From positions 1 through 49,641 of the forward strand of contig CAVKBJ010000001.1 of NCBI GenBank assembly GCA_963654505.1: a stretch of DNA of 49,641 nt, in the 5' to 3' direction. This DNA comes from Lachnospiraceae bacterium (GTDB taxonomy: Bacteria > Bacillota > Clostridia > Oscillospirales > Oscillospiraceae). Positions 18,984-28,412 of the stretch are shown piece after piece. Position numbers and translations under genes: made by a program. Below the pieces are notes generated by a model, which was given only the letters and a program-made list of their open reading frames with translations, was not told the origin of the DNA and did no database searches. Position 1 is the stretch's first letter; the number at the start of each line of letters is the position of its first letter.

Positions 18984-20171
18984 TCATGTCGGCGGCATCT
19001 GCCGCGAAACGCTCAGCACAACGCCCATCTCCGCGAGCTGAATGGCGAGCGCCGTGCCGCCGTAGCTGAAAAACGGCAGCGAAATGCCGGTATTCGGCAC
19101 AAGATTTGTCACGACCGCGATGTTCAGGAACACCTGTAAGGCGATCTGCGTGGTGACGCCCACGACGAGCAGGCTGCCGAAGCGGTCGCGCGCGTGGAGC
19201 GCGATCCAGTAGCCGCGGATGATGAGCAGCGCGAAGATCGCCATGATGAGCGTTGCGCCGATGAGGCCCAGCTCCTCGCAGACGATGGAGAAAATGCAGT
19301 CGTTGTGCTCCTCGGGCAGAAAGAGGAATTTCTGCCGGCTCTTGCCGAGGCCGAGGCCGAGCAGTCCCCCCGAGCCGATGGCGATCAGGCTCTGGCGCGT
19401 CTGATAGCCCACGCCGGTCTTGAATGCATCGTTGAGCGGGTCCAGCCAGATGGCGATGCGCGAGGAGTTGTAGGTGATCAGTCCGGAGAGAAAGGCGTAT
19501 GCCACCGCCGCGATACCGCCGATGCCAAGGCCCACCCAGTATGCCTGAATGCCGCCGACGAACATCATCGCCGCGCCGATGCCGACGATGAGCACGGTGC
19601 CGGAAAAGTGCGGCTCCTTCATCATCAGTCCCGCGATGAGCACAAGGATGAAACCGTAAGGCAGAATGCCGTAACGGATGGTTTTCATCTTATCCTTCTT
19701 TTTGGAAATGCTGTCGGCAAAATAGAGAATGACGCCGAGCTTGGCGATCTCCGAGGGCTGAAACTGGTAATCCGTGCCGGGAATGCCGAGCCAGCGCGTC
19801 GCGCCGTGGCTGGTAATGCCAAGTCCCGGAACGAGGACTGCAGCGAGCAGAACGAGGGAAACTATCATTGCAATATTTGCCGCACCGCGGAATCTCGCGT
19901 AGTTGAGTCGTCCGATGACGGCCATCGCGCCAAGGCCGAGCGCCGCAAAGATCGCCTGCCGCTTGAAGTAGTAGAGCGGGTTGCCCGTTTCATAGTAGGC
20001 GGAGGGAAAGCTCGCCGAGAGGAGCATGATGAGCCCCATGCCGACGAGCAGCAGCACCAGCAGGAGGAACGGCACGTCGATTGGGCCGCGGCCCGCCTCT
20101 TTCGCGGCGGCCTCCATGCGCCTCATGTGCTCGCGCTGTTCGCGCCGCAGCTCGCGTTCTTCCTTTGTCAT
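18984..20171 (-). CDS. ftsW: SEDS protein FtsW/SpoVE
   Basis: FQPSEIAK, LPEEHND and LPFFSYGG motifs. Confidence 0.9.
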   Translation of the reverse strand: MTKEERELRREQREHMRRMEAAAKEAGRGPIDVPFLLLVLLLVGMGLIMLLSASFPSAYYETGNPLYYFKRQAIFAALGLGAMAVIGRLNYARFRGAANIAMIVSLVLLAAVLVPGLGITSHGATRWLGIPGTDYQFQPSEIAKLGVILYFADSISKKKDKMKTIRYGILPYGFILVLIAGLMMKEPHFSGTVLIVGIGAAMMFVGGIQAYWVGLGIGGIAAVAYAFLSGLITYNSSRIAIWLDPLNDAFKTGVGYQTRQSLIAIGSGGLLGLGLGKSRQKFLFLPEEHNDCIFSIVCEELGLIGATLIMAIFALLIIRGYWIALHARDRFGSLLVVGVTTQIALQVFLNIAVVTNLVPNTGISLPFFSYGGTALAIQLAEMGVVLSVSRQMPPT

Positions 20172-20204
20172 GCCCTCACCTCCTCCGACCGGTCTTGATG
20201 CGTT

Positions 20205-21191
20205 TTAGAAATGATAGCGCCCCATCACACCCCAGAGCGCAAGCATACAGAACAGAGCGGAGACGAGCGTGAAGATGGTCACGAGCTTGACCTCGCTCCA
20301 GCCGCAGAGCTCAAAGTGATGGTGCAGCGGCGCCATCCTGAAGATTCGCTTGCCGTGCGTGGCCTTGAAGTAGCATACCTGAATGATGTCCGAGAGCGTT
20401 TCGCAGATGTAGACGATGCCGACGAGCAGCAGAATGAGCGGCATATCGTAGGCGAACGCCAGTCCCGCCACCGCGCCGCCGAGAAAGAGCGAGCCGGTGT
20501 CGCCCATAAAGACTTTGGCGGGGTGGAAATTGTAGACGAGGAAGCCGAGCAGTCCCCCGACCATCGCCGCCGAGAAAATGCCGAGCTGCTCATAGCCCCA
20601 CCAGACCGCGGCGACGGCGAAGAAAAGCGCCACCGGCACGGTCACACTGCCGGCCAGTCCGTCGATACCGTCGGTGATGTTGACGGCGTTGACCGTGCCG
20701 ACGATGACGAAGGCGGCAAAGATCATGTAGACGACCCAGTTGAGGACGATACAGGTGTTGAAAAAGGGAATATAAAGGTTTGGCGTCAGCATCCCCTCAT
20801 AGCGCATCAGGCAGAGGAACGCCACCGCCGCGCCGAGCTGAAGGGCGAACTTCTGAAGCGCCGTCAGGCCGAGGTTGCGGTGCTTTTTCACCTTTTCATA
20901 ATCGTCGAAAAAGCCGATGGCGCCGAAGATGGCGGCGAAAAGAAACACGTACAGGTGCGTAAAGCCGCCCGCGAGCATACTCCTCCAGCCGAGGACAAGG
21001 ATGGCCGCGAGGATGCCGAAAATGAACATCAGTCCGCCCATCGTCGGCGTTCCCGCCTTCGCGGAGTGCCAGGTCGGTCCGTCCTCGCGGATGCTCTGCC
21101 CCGCCTTCATACGGCACAGAACGGGAATGAGAAAATGCCCCGTCACAACGGTCACGGCAAAACTCAGAATACAGGCTGCGATCAGTTCCAT
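20205..21191 (-). CDS. mraY: Phospho-MurNAc-pentapeptide transferase
   Basis: KAGTPTMGG, NITDGIDGL, FMGDTGS and APLHHHFE motifs. Confidence 0.96.
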   Translation of the reverse strand: MELIAACILSFAVTVVTGHFLIPVLCRMKAGQSIREDGPTWHSAKAGTPTMGGLMFIFGILAAILVLGWRSMLAGGFTHLYVFLFAAIFGAIGFFDDYEKVKKHRNLGLTALQKFALQLGAAVAFLCLMRYEGMLTPNLYIPFFNTCIVLNWVVYMIFAAFVIVGTVNAVNITDGIDGLAGSVTVPVALFFAVAAVWWGYEQLGIFSAAMVGGLLGFLVYNFHPAKVFMGDTGSLFLGGAVAGLAFAYDMPLILLLVGIVYICETLSDIIQVCYFKATHGKRIFRMAPLHHHFELCGWSEVKLVTIFTLVSALFCMLALWGVMGRYHF

Positions 21192-21230
21192 AACGTGTCC
21201 TTCCGCCGCGTGGCGCGGCTCTTTTGTTTT

Positions 21231-22670
21231 TTATTGGCGCAGGTGCTCGCGCACGATCTGCCGCTCGTCGAGCGGCAGCCGTTCCGTGCCGAGCTCCTGA
21301 TACATTTCGTGTCCCTTGCCCGCGAGCACCACCACGTCGCCCGTGCGGGCGTGGTCGAGCGCGCAGGCGATGGCCTCGCGGCGGTTTTCGATCACGGTGA
21401 ACGGCGTCACGCTGTCCGCCATGCCGGAGAGGATCTCGTGCAGTATCGCGTAGGGGTCCTCCGTGCGGGGATTATCCGAGGTGACGATCACCTCGTCCGC
21501 GAAACGCGCGGCGATGCGCCCCATCTCGGCGCGCTTGGTCCTGTCGCGGTCGCCGCCGCAGCCGAACACCACGAGCACGCGCGCGTCGGCATAGCCGCAG
21601 ACGGTCGAGAGGATATTTTTCAGCCCGTCGGGCGTGTGCGCGTAGTCGATAAGCACGGTGTAGTCCGTGTCGGTCGGCACGATTTCCGCCCGCCCGCGCA
21701 CGCCCCGGCAAAGGGCGAGCGAGCGCGCCGCGCTGTCCAGTGGGATGCCCAGCGAGCGCGCCGCGCAGAGGGCGGCGAGCGCGTTGTAAAGGGAAAACGA
21801 CCCCGGGATATGCAGCGTCGCAGGGATATGCTCGCTGTCGCTGCACGCGGTAAAGCTCACGCGGTCGGCGCAGTAGTGCGCGTCCCAGCCGACAAGGTCG
21901 TTCGCAAACCCCTGCCCGAAACGCACGGCCGGACAGGTCACGCCCTCGAGCAGCCGCGGCGTCCACGGGTCGTCGCCGTTGACCGCGGCGGCGCGGCACT
22001 GGCGGAAAAGCATCGCCTTGGCGTCGCAGTAGGCTTCCATTGTACCATGATAGTCAAGATGGTCCTGCGTGAGGTTGGTGAACACGCCGAGCGCGAAGCC
22101 GATCGCGCCGACGCGCCGCTGCACGAGCGCGTGGGAGGATACCTCCATCACTGCGTGGGTGCAGCCCGCGTCCGCCATCTCGCGCAGCAAGCGCTGGAGC
22201 GTCAGCGCGTCGGGCGTGGTGCGTCCGGCGGGCAGAACGGTTTGGCCGATCATGTTCTGGTTCGTGCCGATCAGCCCGACCTTCGCGCCGAGGCAGCGCT
22301 CCAAAAGCTGCTTGATGAGATAAGTCGTGGTCGTCTTGCCGTTCGTGCCGGTCACGCCGATCACGGCCATGCGTTTGGACGGTTCGCCGTACCATTTCGC
22401 GGCGAGCCCTGCCGCCGCCTCGTGCGCGTCGGGAACGAGCACACAGGGTGCGTTTTCGATCTCCCGCTCGCACACGACGCCCGCCGCGCCGCGCGCGAGG
22501 GCCTCCCTTGCATAGTCCGCGCCGTCCTCCTTCGCCCCATGCAGGGCGAGGAAAAGGCTCCCCTCTCCCGCCGCGCGGGAGTCGAGGGTGAGGTCATGTA
22601 TCTCCGTCTCCGCCGAAAGGCGGAGCGGTTCACAGGTATCGAGAGCGCTCAAAAGCTCGCCGAGCTTCGT
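21231..22670 (-). CDS. murE: UDP-MurNAc-tripeptide synthetase (mDAP-type)
   Basis: GTNGKTT, DYAHTPD, DNPR and GKGHE motifs; start uncertain (ACG 22670 with RBS versus TTG 22652). Confidence 0.92.
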   Translation of the reverse strand, partial: TKLGELLSALDTCEPLRLSAETEIHDLTLDSRAAGEGSLFLALHGAKEDGADYAREALARGAAGVVCEREIENAPCVLVPDAHEAAAGLAAKWYGEPSKRMAVIGVTGTNGKTTTTYLIKQLLERCLGAKVGLIGTNQNMIGQTVLPAGRTTPDALTLQRLLREMADAGCTHAVMEVSSHALVQRRVGAIGFALGVFTNLTQDHLDYHGTMEAYCDAKAMLFRQCRAAAVNGDDPWTPRLLEGVTCPAVRFGQGFANDLVGWDAHYCADRVSFTACSDSEHIPATLHIPGSFSLYNALAALCAARSLGIPLDSAARSLALCRGVRGRAEIVPTDTDYTVLIDYAHTPDGLKNILSTVCGYADARVLVVFGCGGDRDRTKRAEMGRIAARFADEVIVTSDNPRTEDPYAILHEILSGMADSVTPFTVIENRREAIACALDHARTGDVVVLAGKGHEMYQELGTERLPLDERQIVREHLRQ

Positions 22671-22715
22671 AGGCGCGTCGTCCTTTCTTCGTTGGATCTT
22701 GCTCTCTTTTGCACG

Positions 22716-24947
22716 CTAATCGGTCACCGAGCTGTCGCTGAACTGGACGCGCACCACCGTTCCCGCCGCGACCTCCGCGCCCGGCGTCTCCGACTGCGAG
22801 ATGGCGCGCACGCTCGCGGAGCTGCCGCCGGTCGCGCCGGAGACGGACATGATAAGCCCCGCGTCGGTGAGCTTGCGGTTGGCTGACGCGGCGCTGTCGC
22901 CCACGACGTTCGGCACGATGCACAGCTCCGTGGATTTCTCCGCGCCGAGGTAGAGAATGATCTCCGCGTTGTTCGGCACGATCGCGCCGCCGAGCGGCGT
23001 CTGATCGGTGACGGTCGTGCCGTCGCCGATGGTGCGGCAGGAGAATCCTTCCTCTTTGAGCTTTGCCGTCGCCTCGTCGAGCGTCAGGCCGACGACGTTC
23101 GGCACGGTGTGATCCGCGCCGACGAGCTCATCGGCACTGTAGGTCGGCTCGATGCCGAGGTAGGGCAGGATCTCCGCCATAACGCTCGACGCCACGGGCG
23201 CGACCATGTTGCCGCCGGAGCGGTAGGTGCCGGTGTCGTTGCTGGCGCTGCTGAGGGTGAGGAGCATGATGATCTGCGGATCGTCCGCCGGCGCGCAGCA
23301 GGTGAACGAAACGGTCACGCTGCCGTCGATCTGGTCGGCGGTGCCGGTCTTGCCGCCGATGCGATAGCCGGCGACCTTGCCGTTTTTGCCCGTGCCGTAC
23401 TCGACCTCGTACTCCATGATCTCGCGCACGGCCGCAGAGGTATCCTCGGAGATGACCTGCCGCAGCGGCGTGGCGTCGTGGCGGTACTTGACGTTGCCGT
23501 TTTCGTCGAGCACCTCGGAGACGATGTAGGGCGTGCGGAGGTAGCCGCCGTTGACACAGGCCGCCTGCGCGTTGAGGAGCGAGAGGGGCGTGACGTTGAA
23601 GTTCTGCCCGAAGGCGTAGCACGCCAGCGCCAGCGTGGAGTATTCGATCTCCTTGTTGACAAAGCCGCTTGCCTCGCCTGTGGTGTCCACGCCGGTCTTT
23701 CCGGTGAGGCCGAAGGCCTTCATGTAGTTATAAAAGGTCGTGTTGCCCAGCCGCAGGCCGATGTTGATGAACGCGGGGTTGCAGGAGTTGGCGAAGGCCG
23801 TGATGAGGTCCTGACTGCCGTGCCCGGTGCGCTTGGAGCAGTTGATCCTCGCCCCCTCGACGACGACGTAGCCGGGGCAGGAGAAGGTGTCGGACATTTG
23901 GACCTTGTTCTCCTCCAGCGCCATAGCGAGGGTGAGGATCTTGAAGGTCGAGCCGGGCTGGAATGTGTCGTTGATGGCCTTGTTGCGCCACTGCACGTTT
24001 TGCAGGCCGGCGGACGCTGCTTCAAATTCCTCCTCGCTCATATCTCCTGCGAGCATTTCCTTATTGTAGATGCTCGCGGGAGCGTTGAGATCGTAGGTCG
24101 GCAGCGACGCCATCGCGAGAATGCCGCCGGTGTTGACGTCCATGACGATGCCGGTCGCGCCCACGCCCGTGCCATAGCGGCTCTCCAGCTCCTCAAGAGC
24201 CTTTTCAAGGTAATACTGCACGGTCTTGTCGAGGGTGGTCACCAGACTGTCGCCGTTCTCGGCGTCGAAATACTGCTCATACTGATAGAGCAGGGCGTTG
24301 CCGTTGGCGTCGCGCGCGGAGACGACCATGCCCTTCTCGCCCGTCAGCTCCTCGTCGTACACAGCCTCGAGACCGTAGGCGCCGCCATTGGCGTTGACGA
24401 AGCCAATGACGTGCGCGGCGAGCGTGGAATAGGGGTAGTAGCGCTTGGAGGTCGGCTCAAGGAAAACGCCCTTGATCCCGTTTTCGCTGATGAACGCGCG
24501 GACCTTATCCGCCGTTTCCTGCTCGACCTTCTTCTTGATGACCTCGTACTGTGAGGCCGTGTTCTTCATTCTCTCAAGAACGTCGTCCGCGTCCACGCCG
24601 AGAAGCTCGCTCAGGCCGTTCGCGATCAGGCTCTGATCCTGCTCGTTTCTGGCGACGTCGAGGGGCGAGACGCAGACGTTCTCCGCCGTGGAGGACAGGG
24701 CGAGAATGTCGCCGTTTTTATCGTAGATGGTGCCGCGGCTCGCCTCCACGGTCGTGCGCAGCGTCTGCTGGCGCACGGCGAGCGTTTTCAGCTCGTCGTG
24801 CTGCTTGATCTGCAGCTTGTAGAGCTGTATAAAGAGCAGCACGAACGCGCCGATTCCCAGCAGAAGGAGCAGTAGAATCGTTCGCTGCTGAATGATGCGG
24901 TTGGCGCGGCGCGCGCTGTCCGATTTTCTTTTCGGGGGTGTCGGCAC
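22716..24947 (-). CDS. Class B penicillin-binding protein (FtsI/SpoVD-like) with two PASTA domains
   Basis: STFK, SCN and KTG motifs; two VPNVVG PASTA starts. Confidence 0.9.
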   Translation of the reverse strand: MPTPPKRKSDSARRANRIIQQRTILLLLLLGIGAFVLLFIQLYKLQIKQHDELKTLAVRQQTLRTTVEASRGTIYDKNGDILALSSTAENVCVSPLDVARNEQDQSLIANGLSELLGVDADDVLERMKNTASQYEVIKKKVEQETADKVRAFISENGIKGVFLEPTSKRYYPYSTLAAHVIGFVNANGGAYGLEAVYDEELTGEKGMVVSARDANGNALLYQYEQYFDAENGDSLVTTLDKTVQYYLEKALEELESRYGTGVGATGIVMDVNTGGILAMASLPTYDLNAPASIYNKEMLAGDMSEEEFEAASAGLQNVQWRNKAINDTFQPGSTFKILTLAMALEENKVQMSDTFSCPGYVVVEGARINCSKRTGHGSQDLITAFANSCNPAFINIGLRLGNTTFYNYMKAFGLTGKTGVDTTGEASGFVNKEIEYSTLALACYAFGQNFNVTPLSLLNAQAACVNGGYLRTPYIVSEVLDENGNVKYRHDATPLRQVISEDTSAAVREIMEYEVEYGTGKNGKVAGYRIGGKTGTADQIDGSVTVSFTCCAPADDPQIIMLLTLSSASNDTGTYRSGGNMVAPVASSVMAEILPYLGIEPTYSADELVGADHTVPNVVGLTLDEATAKLKEEGFSCRTIGDGTTVTDQTPLGGAIVPNNAEIILYLGAEKSTELCIVPNVVGDSAASANRKLTDAGLIMSVSGATGGSSASVRAISQSETPGAEVAAGTVVRVQFSDSSVTD

Positions 24948-24988
24948 GGCTTTTCCTCCTCATACGGCAAGGGGCATAATGGCAAAAC

Positions 24989-25015
24989 AAGGAGTAAGGA
25001 AGCTCCTTACTCCTT
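24989..25015 (-). terminator. Hairpin between the ftsL-like gene and the PBP gene
   Basis: Perfect 12-bp stem AAGGAGTAAGGA/TCCTTACTCCTT, then GTTTT on the minus strand. Confidence 0.45.
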
Positions 25016-25030
25016 ATGTATAGGCTTCGC

Positions 25031-25591
25031 TCAACTGAAATATTCCACCACTCTGAAAACGCCCTGCCCCAGCGAGGTGAACACCCGGCTGAGCACGCTG
25101 ACGCTCTGCGTCTGGCAAAGCTCCACGCTGTCCGGCGCGGAAAGGTCGATGTAATTGATCTGCGACGAGCTGGGCTTGCTCATGCCCGCGGCGGCCGCAG
25201 CCGCCTTGACCGTTTCGAGATCGAAGGTGCGCTCATACTGTGTGAGCAGCACGACGTGCTCGGCGTCGAGCGTCTTGAGCTCCTTCTGCATCGTCACCAC
25301 GTCGGCGGAAATGCTCGTGAGCTGCGCGTAGCTCATCAGCACGACCACGACCATCGCGGCCAGCGCGGTAAAGCCGAGCGCCAGAACGCCCGAGACCCTC
25401 TGCCGTTCGCGCACGCGCGGACGGACGCGCTTTTTTTCCTTCCGGCGCGGCGGGCGGATGAACTCCTCGCGCCGTTCCTCACGGCGCTCGCTCCCGCGCC
25501 GCTCAGCGTAGCCCGGATCGTAAGCGAGATTGCCGACAACACGCCCGGCGCCGTATCTGTAATTCTGTTTGCTCCGGCTCGTGCGCGTCAT
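25031..25591 (-). CDS. ftsL: FtsL-like cell division protein
   Basis: Basic N-terminus, TM segment, coiled coil ending AGMSKP; between rsmH and the PBP gene. Confidence 0.7.
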   Translation of the reverse strand: MTRTSRSKQNYRYGAGRVVGNLAYDPGYAERRGSERREERREEFIRPPRRKEKKRVRPRVRERQRVSGVLALGFTALAAMVVVVLMSYAQLTSISADVVTMQKELKTLDAEHVVLLTQYERTFDLETVKAAAAAAGMSKPSSSQINYIDLSAPDSVELCQTQSVSVLSRVFTSLGQGVFRVVEYFS

Positions 25592-25629
25592 GGCGATCTC
25601 CTTTCCCTTTGTTTTTTATCGTGCCGCGT

Positions 25630-26574
25630 TCAGCACTTTTCCGCCACGCGCAGCTTGGCGCTGCGGGCGCGGGGATTTTCGTTCAACTCCGCTTCGCCCG
25701 AAACGATGGGCTTGCGGGTGACGAGCTTCATTCTCGGCTTTTTCCCGCACACGCACACCGGAAACTCCGGCGGGCAGGTGCAGCCTGTGGCAAGCGTTTG
25801 CAGCTCGCGCTTGACGATGCGGTCCTCAAGCGAGTGGAACGTGATGACCGCGAGCCGCCCTCCGCTTTTGAGATTTCTCTCCGCGGCGGCGAGCATCGGC
25901 GGAAGCTCGCCCAGCTCGTCGTTGACCGCGATGCGGATGGCCTGAAAGCTCCGCTTGGCGGGATGCTGCTTTTCACGCAGCGCCGCGGCGGGCATCGCTG
26001 AGCGGATGATGTCGGCAAGCTCCAGCGTCGTTTCGACGGGCTTGTGCTCGCGGTACGCGCAGATCTTCTTCGCGATGGCGGGGGCGTAGCGCTCCTCGCC
26101 GTATTCATAGAGGATGCGTTTGAGTTCCTCAAAGCTGACGGTATTGACCAGCTCGCGCGCGGTGTAGGCCGCGCTCTCGTCCATGCGCATATCGAGCGGC
26201 GCGTCCTGCTTGTAGGAAAAGCCGCGGCTCGCGTCGTCCAGCTGCGGCGAGGATACGCCGAGGTCAAAGAGCATCCCGTCCACGCCCTGTACGCCCAGCT
26301 CGCGCAGCACGCCGTCGAGCGCGCTGAAATTGGAATGCACGAGCGTCACACGCTCCATGTAACCGGCAAGGCGTTCCCGCGCGGCAGCAAGCGCCGTTTC
26401 GTCGCGGTCGAGGGCGATCAGCCGCCCTCCCGCCGTCAAGCGGCGGACGATCTCAAGCGAATGGCCCGCGCGGCCCAGCGTCCCGTCGAGGTAAACGCCG
26501 TCCGGTCGGATATTGAGCGCGTCGAGGCACTCATGCAGCAGCACGGGCTTGTGCCCGTAGTCGATCCTGTCCAT
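25630..26574 (-). CDS. rsmH: 16S rRNA m4C1402 methyltransferase
   Basis: HKPVLL, DLGVSSPQLD, FHSLEDR and NPRARSAKLR motifs. Confidence 0.96.
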   Translation of the reverse strand: MDRIDYGHKPVLLHECLDALNIRPDGVYLDGTLGRAGHSLEIVRRLTAGGRLIALDRDETALAAARERLAGYMERVTLVHSNFSALDGVLRELGVQGVDGMLFDLGVSSPQLDDASRGFSYKQDAPLDMRMDESAAYTARELVNTVSFEELKRILYEYGEERYAPAIAKKICAYREHKPVETTLELADIIRSAMPAAALREKQHPAKRSFQAIRIAVNDELGELPPMLAAAERNLKSGGRLAVITFHSLEDRIVKRELQTLATGCTCPPEFPVCVCGKKPRMKLVTRKPIVSGEAELNENPRARSAKLRVAEKC

Positions 26575-26575
26575 C

Positions 26576-26992
26576 TCAGAAGCCCAGCTCCTCCATCACG
26601 GCGGCAAGGTTCTCGGGATTGAGTTCCTCGGCCTCCAGCGCGGCCCAGCGCTCCGCGTTCCAGATCTCGGCGCGGTTGGATACGCCGATGATGACCACAT
26701 CCTTGTCCAGCCCCGCGTAGGCGCGGAGCTTCTGCGGCAGCAGAATGCGTCCCTGGCTGTCCGGCTCGCACTTGGCGGCGTTGGCGAACAGCGGGCGCAT
26801 GGCCTTGGTCCTGGTATAGGGCAGGCTCTCGAACTTTTCGGTAAACTTTGCCCAGCTCGCGTCGGAATAGACGCTCAGGCAGGAGTCCATGCCCATAGTG
26901 ACGTAAAAGGTCTCGCCCAGCTCCTCGCGGAGCTTCGCGGGGATAAACACTCTGCCCTTGGCGTCGATCGAGTGCTGATACTGGCCGGTCAA
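26576..26992 (-). CDS. mraZ: Transcriptional regulator MraZ
   Basis: HSIDAKGR and DSQGRI repeats; start re-set to TTG 26992. Confidence 0.93.
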   Translation of the reverse strand: MTGQYQHSIDAKGRVFIPAKLREELGETFYVTMGMDSCLSVYSDASWAKFTEKFESLPYTRTKAMRPLFANAAKCEPDSQGRILLPQKLRAYAGLDKDVVIIGVSNRAEIWNAERWAALEAEELNPENLAAVMEELGF

Positions 26993-27076
26993 AGCGCTCC
27001 CCCCCTTGGCGATCTCGAATGTGCGGCGAAAGAGGGCAAAGCAGCGGCTCCCTCTTTTTTCGGGGAAGTCGCTCCG

Positions 27077-27182
27077 CTCCACTCTCCTGCACTTTCGGGT
27101 CCGCAGCGCCACTTTTGAACACTCAGCGCCACTTTCCCCCACTTCGTACTTTGAGTATACATAAAATGCTTTTGAAATGCAA
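27077..27182 (-). promoter_or_regulatory. dcw promoter with MraZ-binding repeat array
   Basis: TTGCAT-17-TATACT (27182-27154) followed by six AGTG cores at exact 10-bp phase (27080-27143). Confidence 0.8.
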
Positions 27183-27286
27183 GCAGAAATTTTCTTTATT
27201 TTCAAAGCTTTCCCGCGCTTTTTCGACATATTCTCCCCGCGTTTTCCGCAGAAACTAAAATATCTGTTTCATTGTCGAACGGGCAG

Positions 27287-27318
27287 AAAAAAGTGCGCCA
27301 CAACATCTTGTGGCGCAC
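27287..27318 (-). terminator. Terminator of the rsmD-coaD operon
   Basis: GTGCGCCACAA/TTGTGGCGCAC stem plus T6 on the minus strand. Confidence 0.7.
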
Positions 27319-27386
27319 CCTGTCCTCAACGCAAAATATGTTCGAGCCGCAAAACCGGCAAAACAATTCGTAAGATCTAACGAAAT

Positions 27387-27914
27387 TTACTTCTCTTCCT
27401 TGTCGTTTTTCTCCAGGGATCTGTTCAGCTCCTCGCGGCGGCGCTGCATCTGCTCGTTGGACGCCGCGCGGAAACGCACGCGGGTCTGCTTCACCTCGTC
27501 GAGCGCCATCTGCACGGCCTCCTCCGTGCGGCGCAGCACGTCCTCGGAATAGTCGTTCGCCACGCGGTACATCTCGCGTGAGCGCTCCTCCGCGCGGGTG
27601 ACGATGTCATGTCCCTTCGCGCGCGCGGCGGTGAGCACCTCGCTCTCGGAAACCTTGCTCTTGGCCTCGAACTCCGCCTTCTGCATCATGCGCTCCACGT
27701 CGCGCTTGGCGGCCTCCACATACTCGTCGCGGGCGCGGACCAGCTCCTGCGCGCGCTTGAGCTCCGTCGGCATCTGCGCGCGGATCTCGTCGAGCAGGTC
27801 GAGCGCCTCGTCGCGGTTGAGCACGCATTTGTCGCTCGACAGCGGCGCGTTCTTCGCCCCGTCGATCATCTCATAGAGCATATCGAGCAGCTTCTGCACA
27901 TTTTCTTCAGCCAT
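27387..27914 (-). CDS. Conserved coiled-coil protein downstream of coaD
   Basis: Charged helical 175 aa protein; AKNAPLS..C start; operonic with coaD. Confidence 0.65.
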   Translation of the reverse strand: MAEENVQKLLDMLYEMIDGAKNAPLSSDKCVLNRDEALDLLDEIRAQMPTELKRAQELVRARDEYVEAAKRDVERMMQKAEFEAKSKVSESEVLTAARAKGHDIVTRAEERSREMYRVANDYSEDVLRRTEEAVQMALDEVKQTRVRFRAASNEQMQRRREELNRSLEKNDKEEK

Positions 27915-27923
27915 TGTTATCCC

Positions 27924-28412
27924 CTATCCTTTCCTTTTTATCCATTCCGCGGCCGCGGCCGGCAAATACCTGTCGAGCGGTCGGTGATACCTTATCATTT
28001 CCCTCGCCATTGTGGACGAGATGTGCTGGTGCTCCGGCTCGGCGCACAGCAGCACCGTGTCGAGCGTCCCGCCGGATACGTCCTTATAAATGAGCGAGAG
28101 CTGATACTCCGCGTCGAAATCCGTACTGTTCCGCGCGCCGCGCACGAGGAAGCGCGCGCCCTTCTGCGCGGCAAAATCGGTCAGCAGACCGTTCCACAGC
28201 GCCGCCTCGACGCTGCCGAGCGGCGCGACGCTCACGCGCATCAGCTCCAGCTTTTCCTCATCGGTGAACATCGGGTGCGCCTTTTCACCGTTTGGCACAA
28301 TGGCGACGTACACTCGGTCGAAGATTTTCGCCGCGCGCTCGATCACGTCCATGTGGCCGAGCGTCACCGGGTCGAAGCTGCCGGGGAACACGGCGATGCG
28401 TTCCTCTCTCAT
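27924..28412 (-). CDS. coaD: Phosphopantetheine adenylyltransferase
   Basis: PGSFDPVTLGH, RGAR and ISS motifs. Confidence 0.95.
   Translation of the reverse strand: MREERIAVFPGSFDPVTLGHMDVIERAAKIFDRVYVAIVPNGEKAHPMFTDEEKLELMRVSVAPLGSVEAALWNGLLTDFAAQKGARFLVRGARNSTDFDAEYQLSLIYKDVSGGTLDTVLLCAEPEHQHISSTMAREMIRYHRPLDRYLPAAAAEWIKRKG

Noticed and set aside
27077..27146. CRISPR-like repeats
   Set aside because: 10-bp period with no spacers and no cas genes; explained as MraZ boxes. No CRISPR array seen in the window
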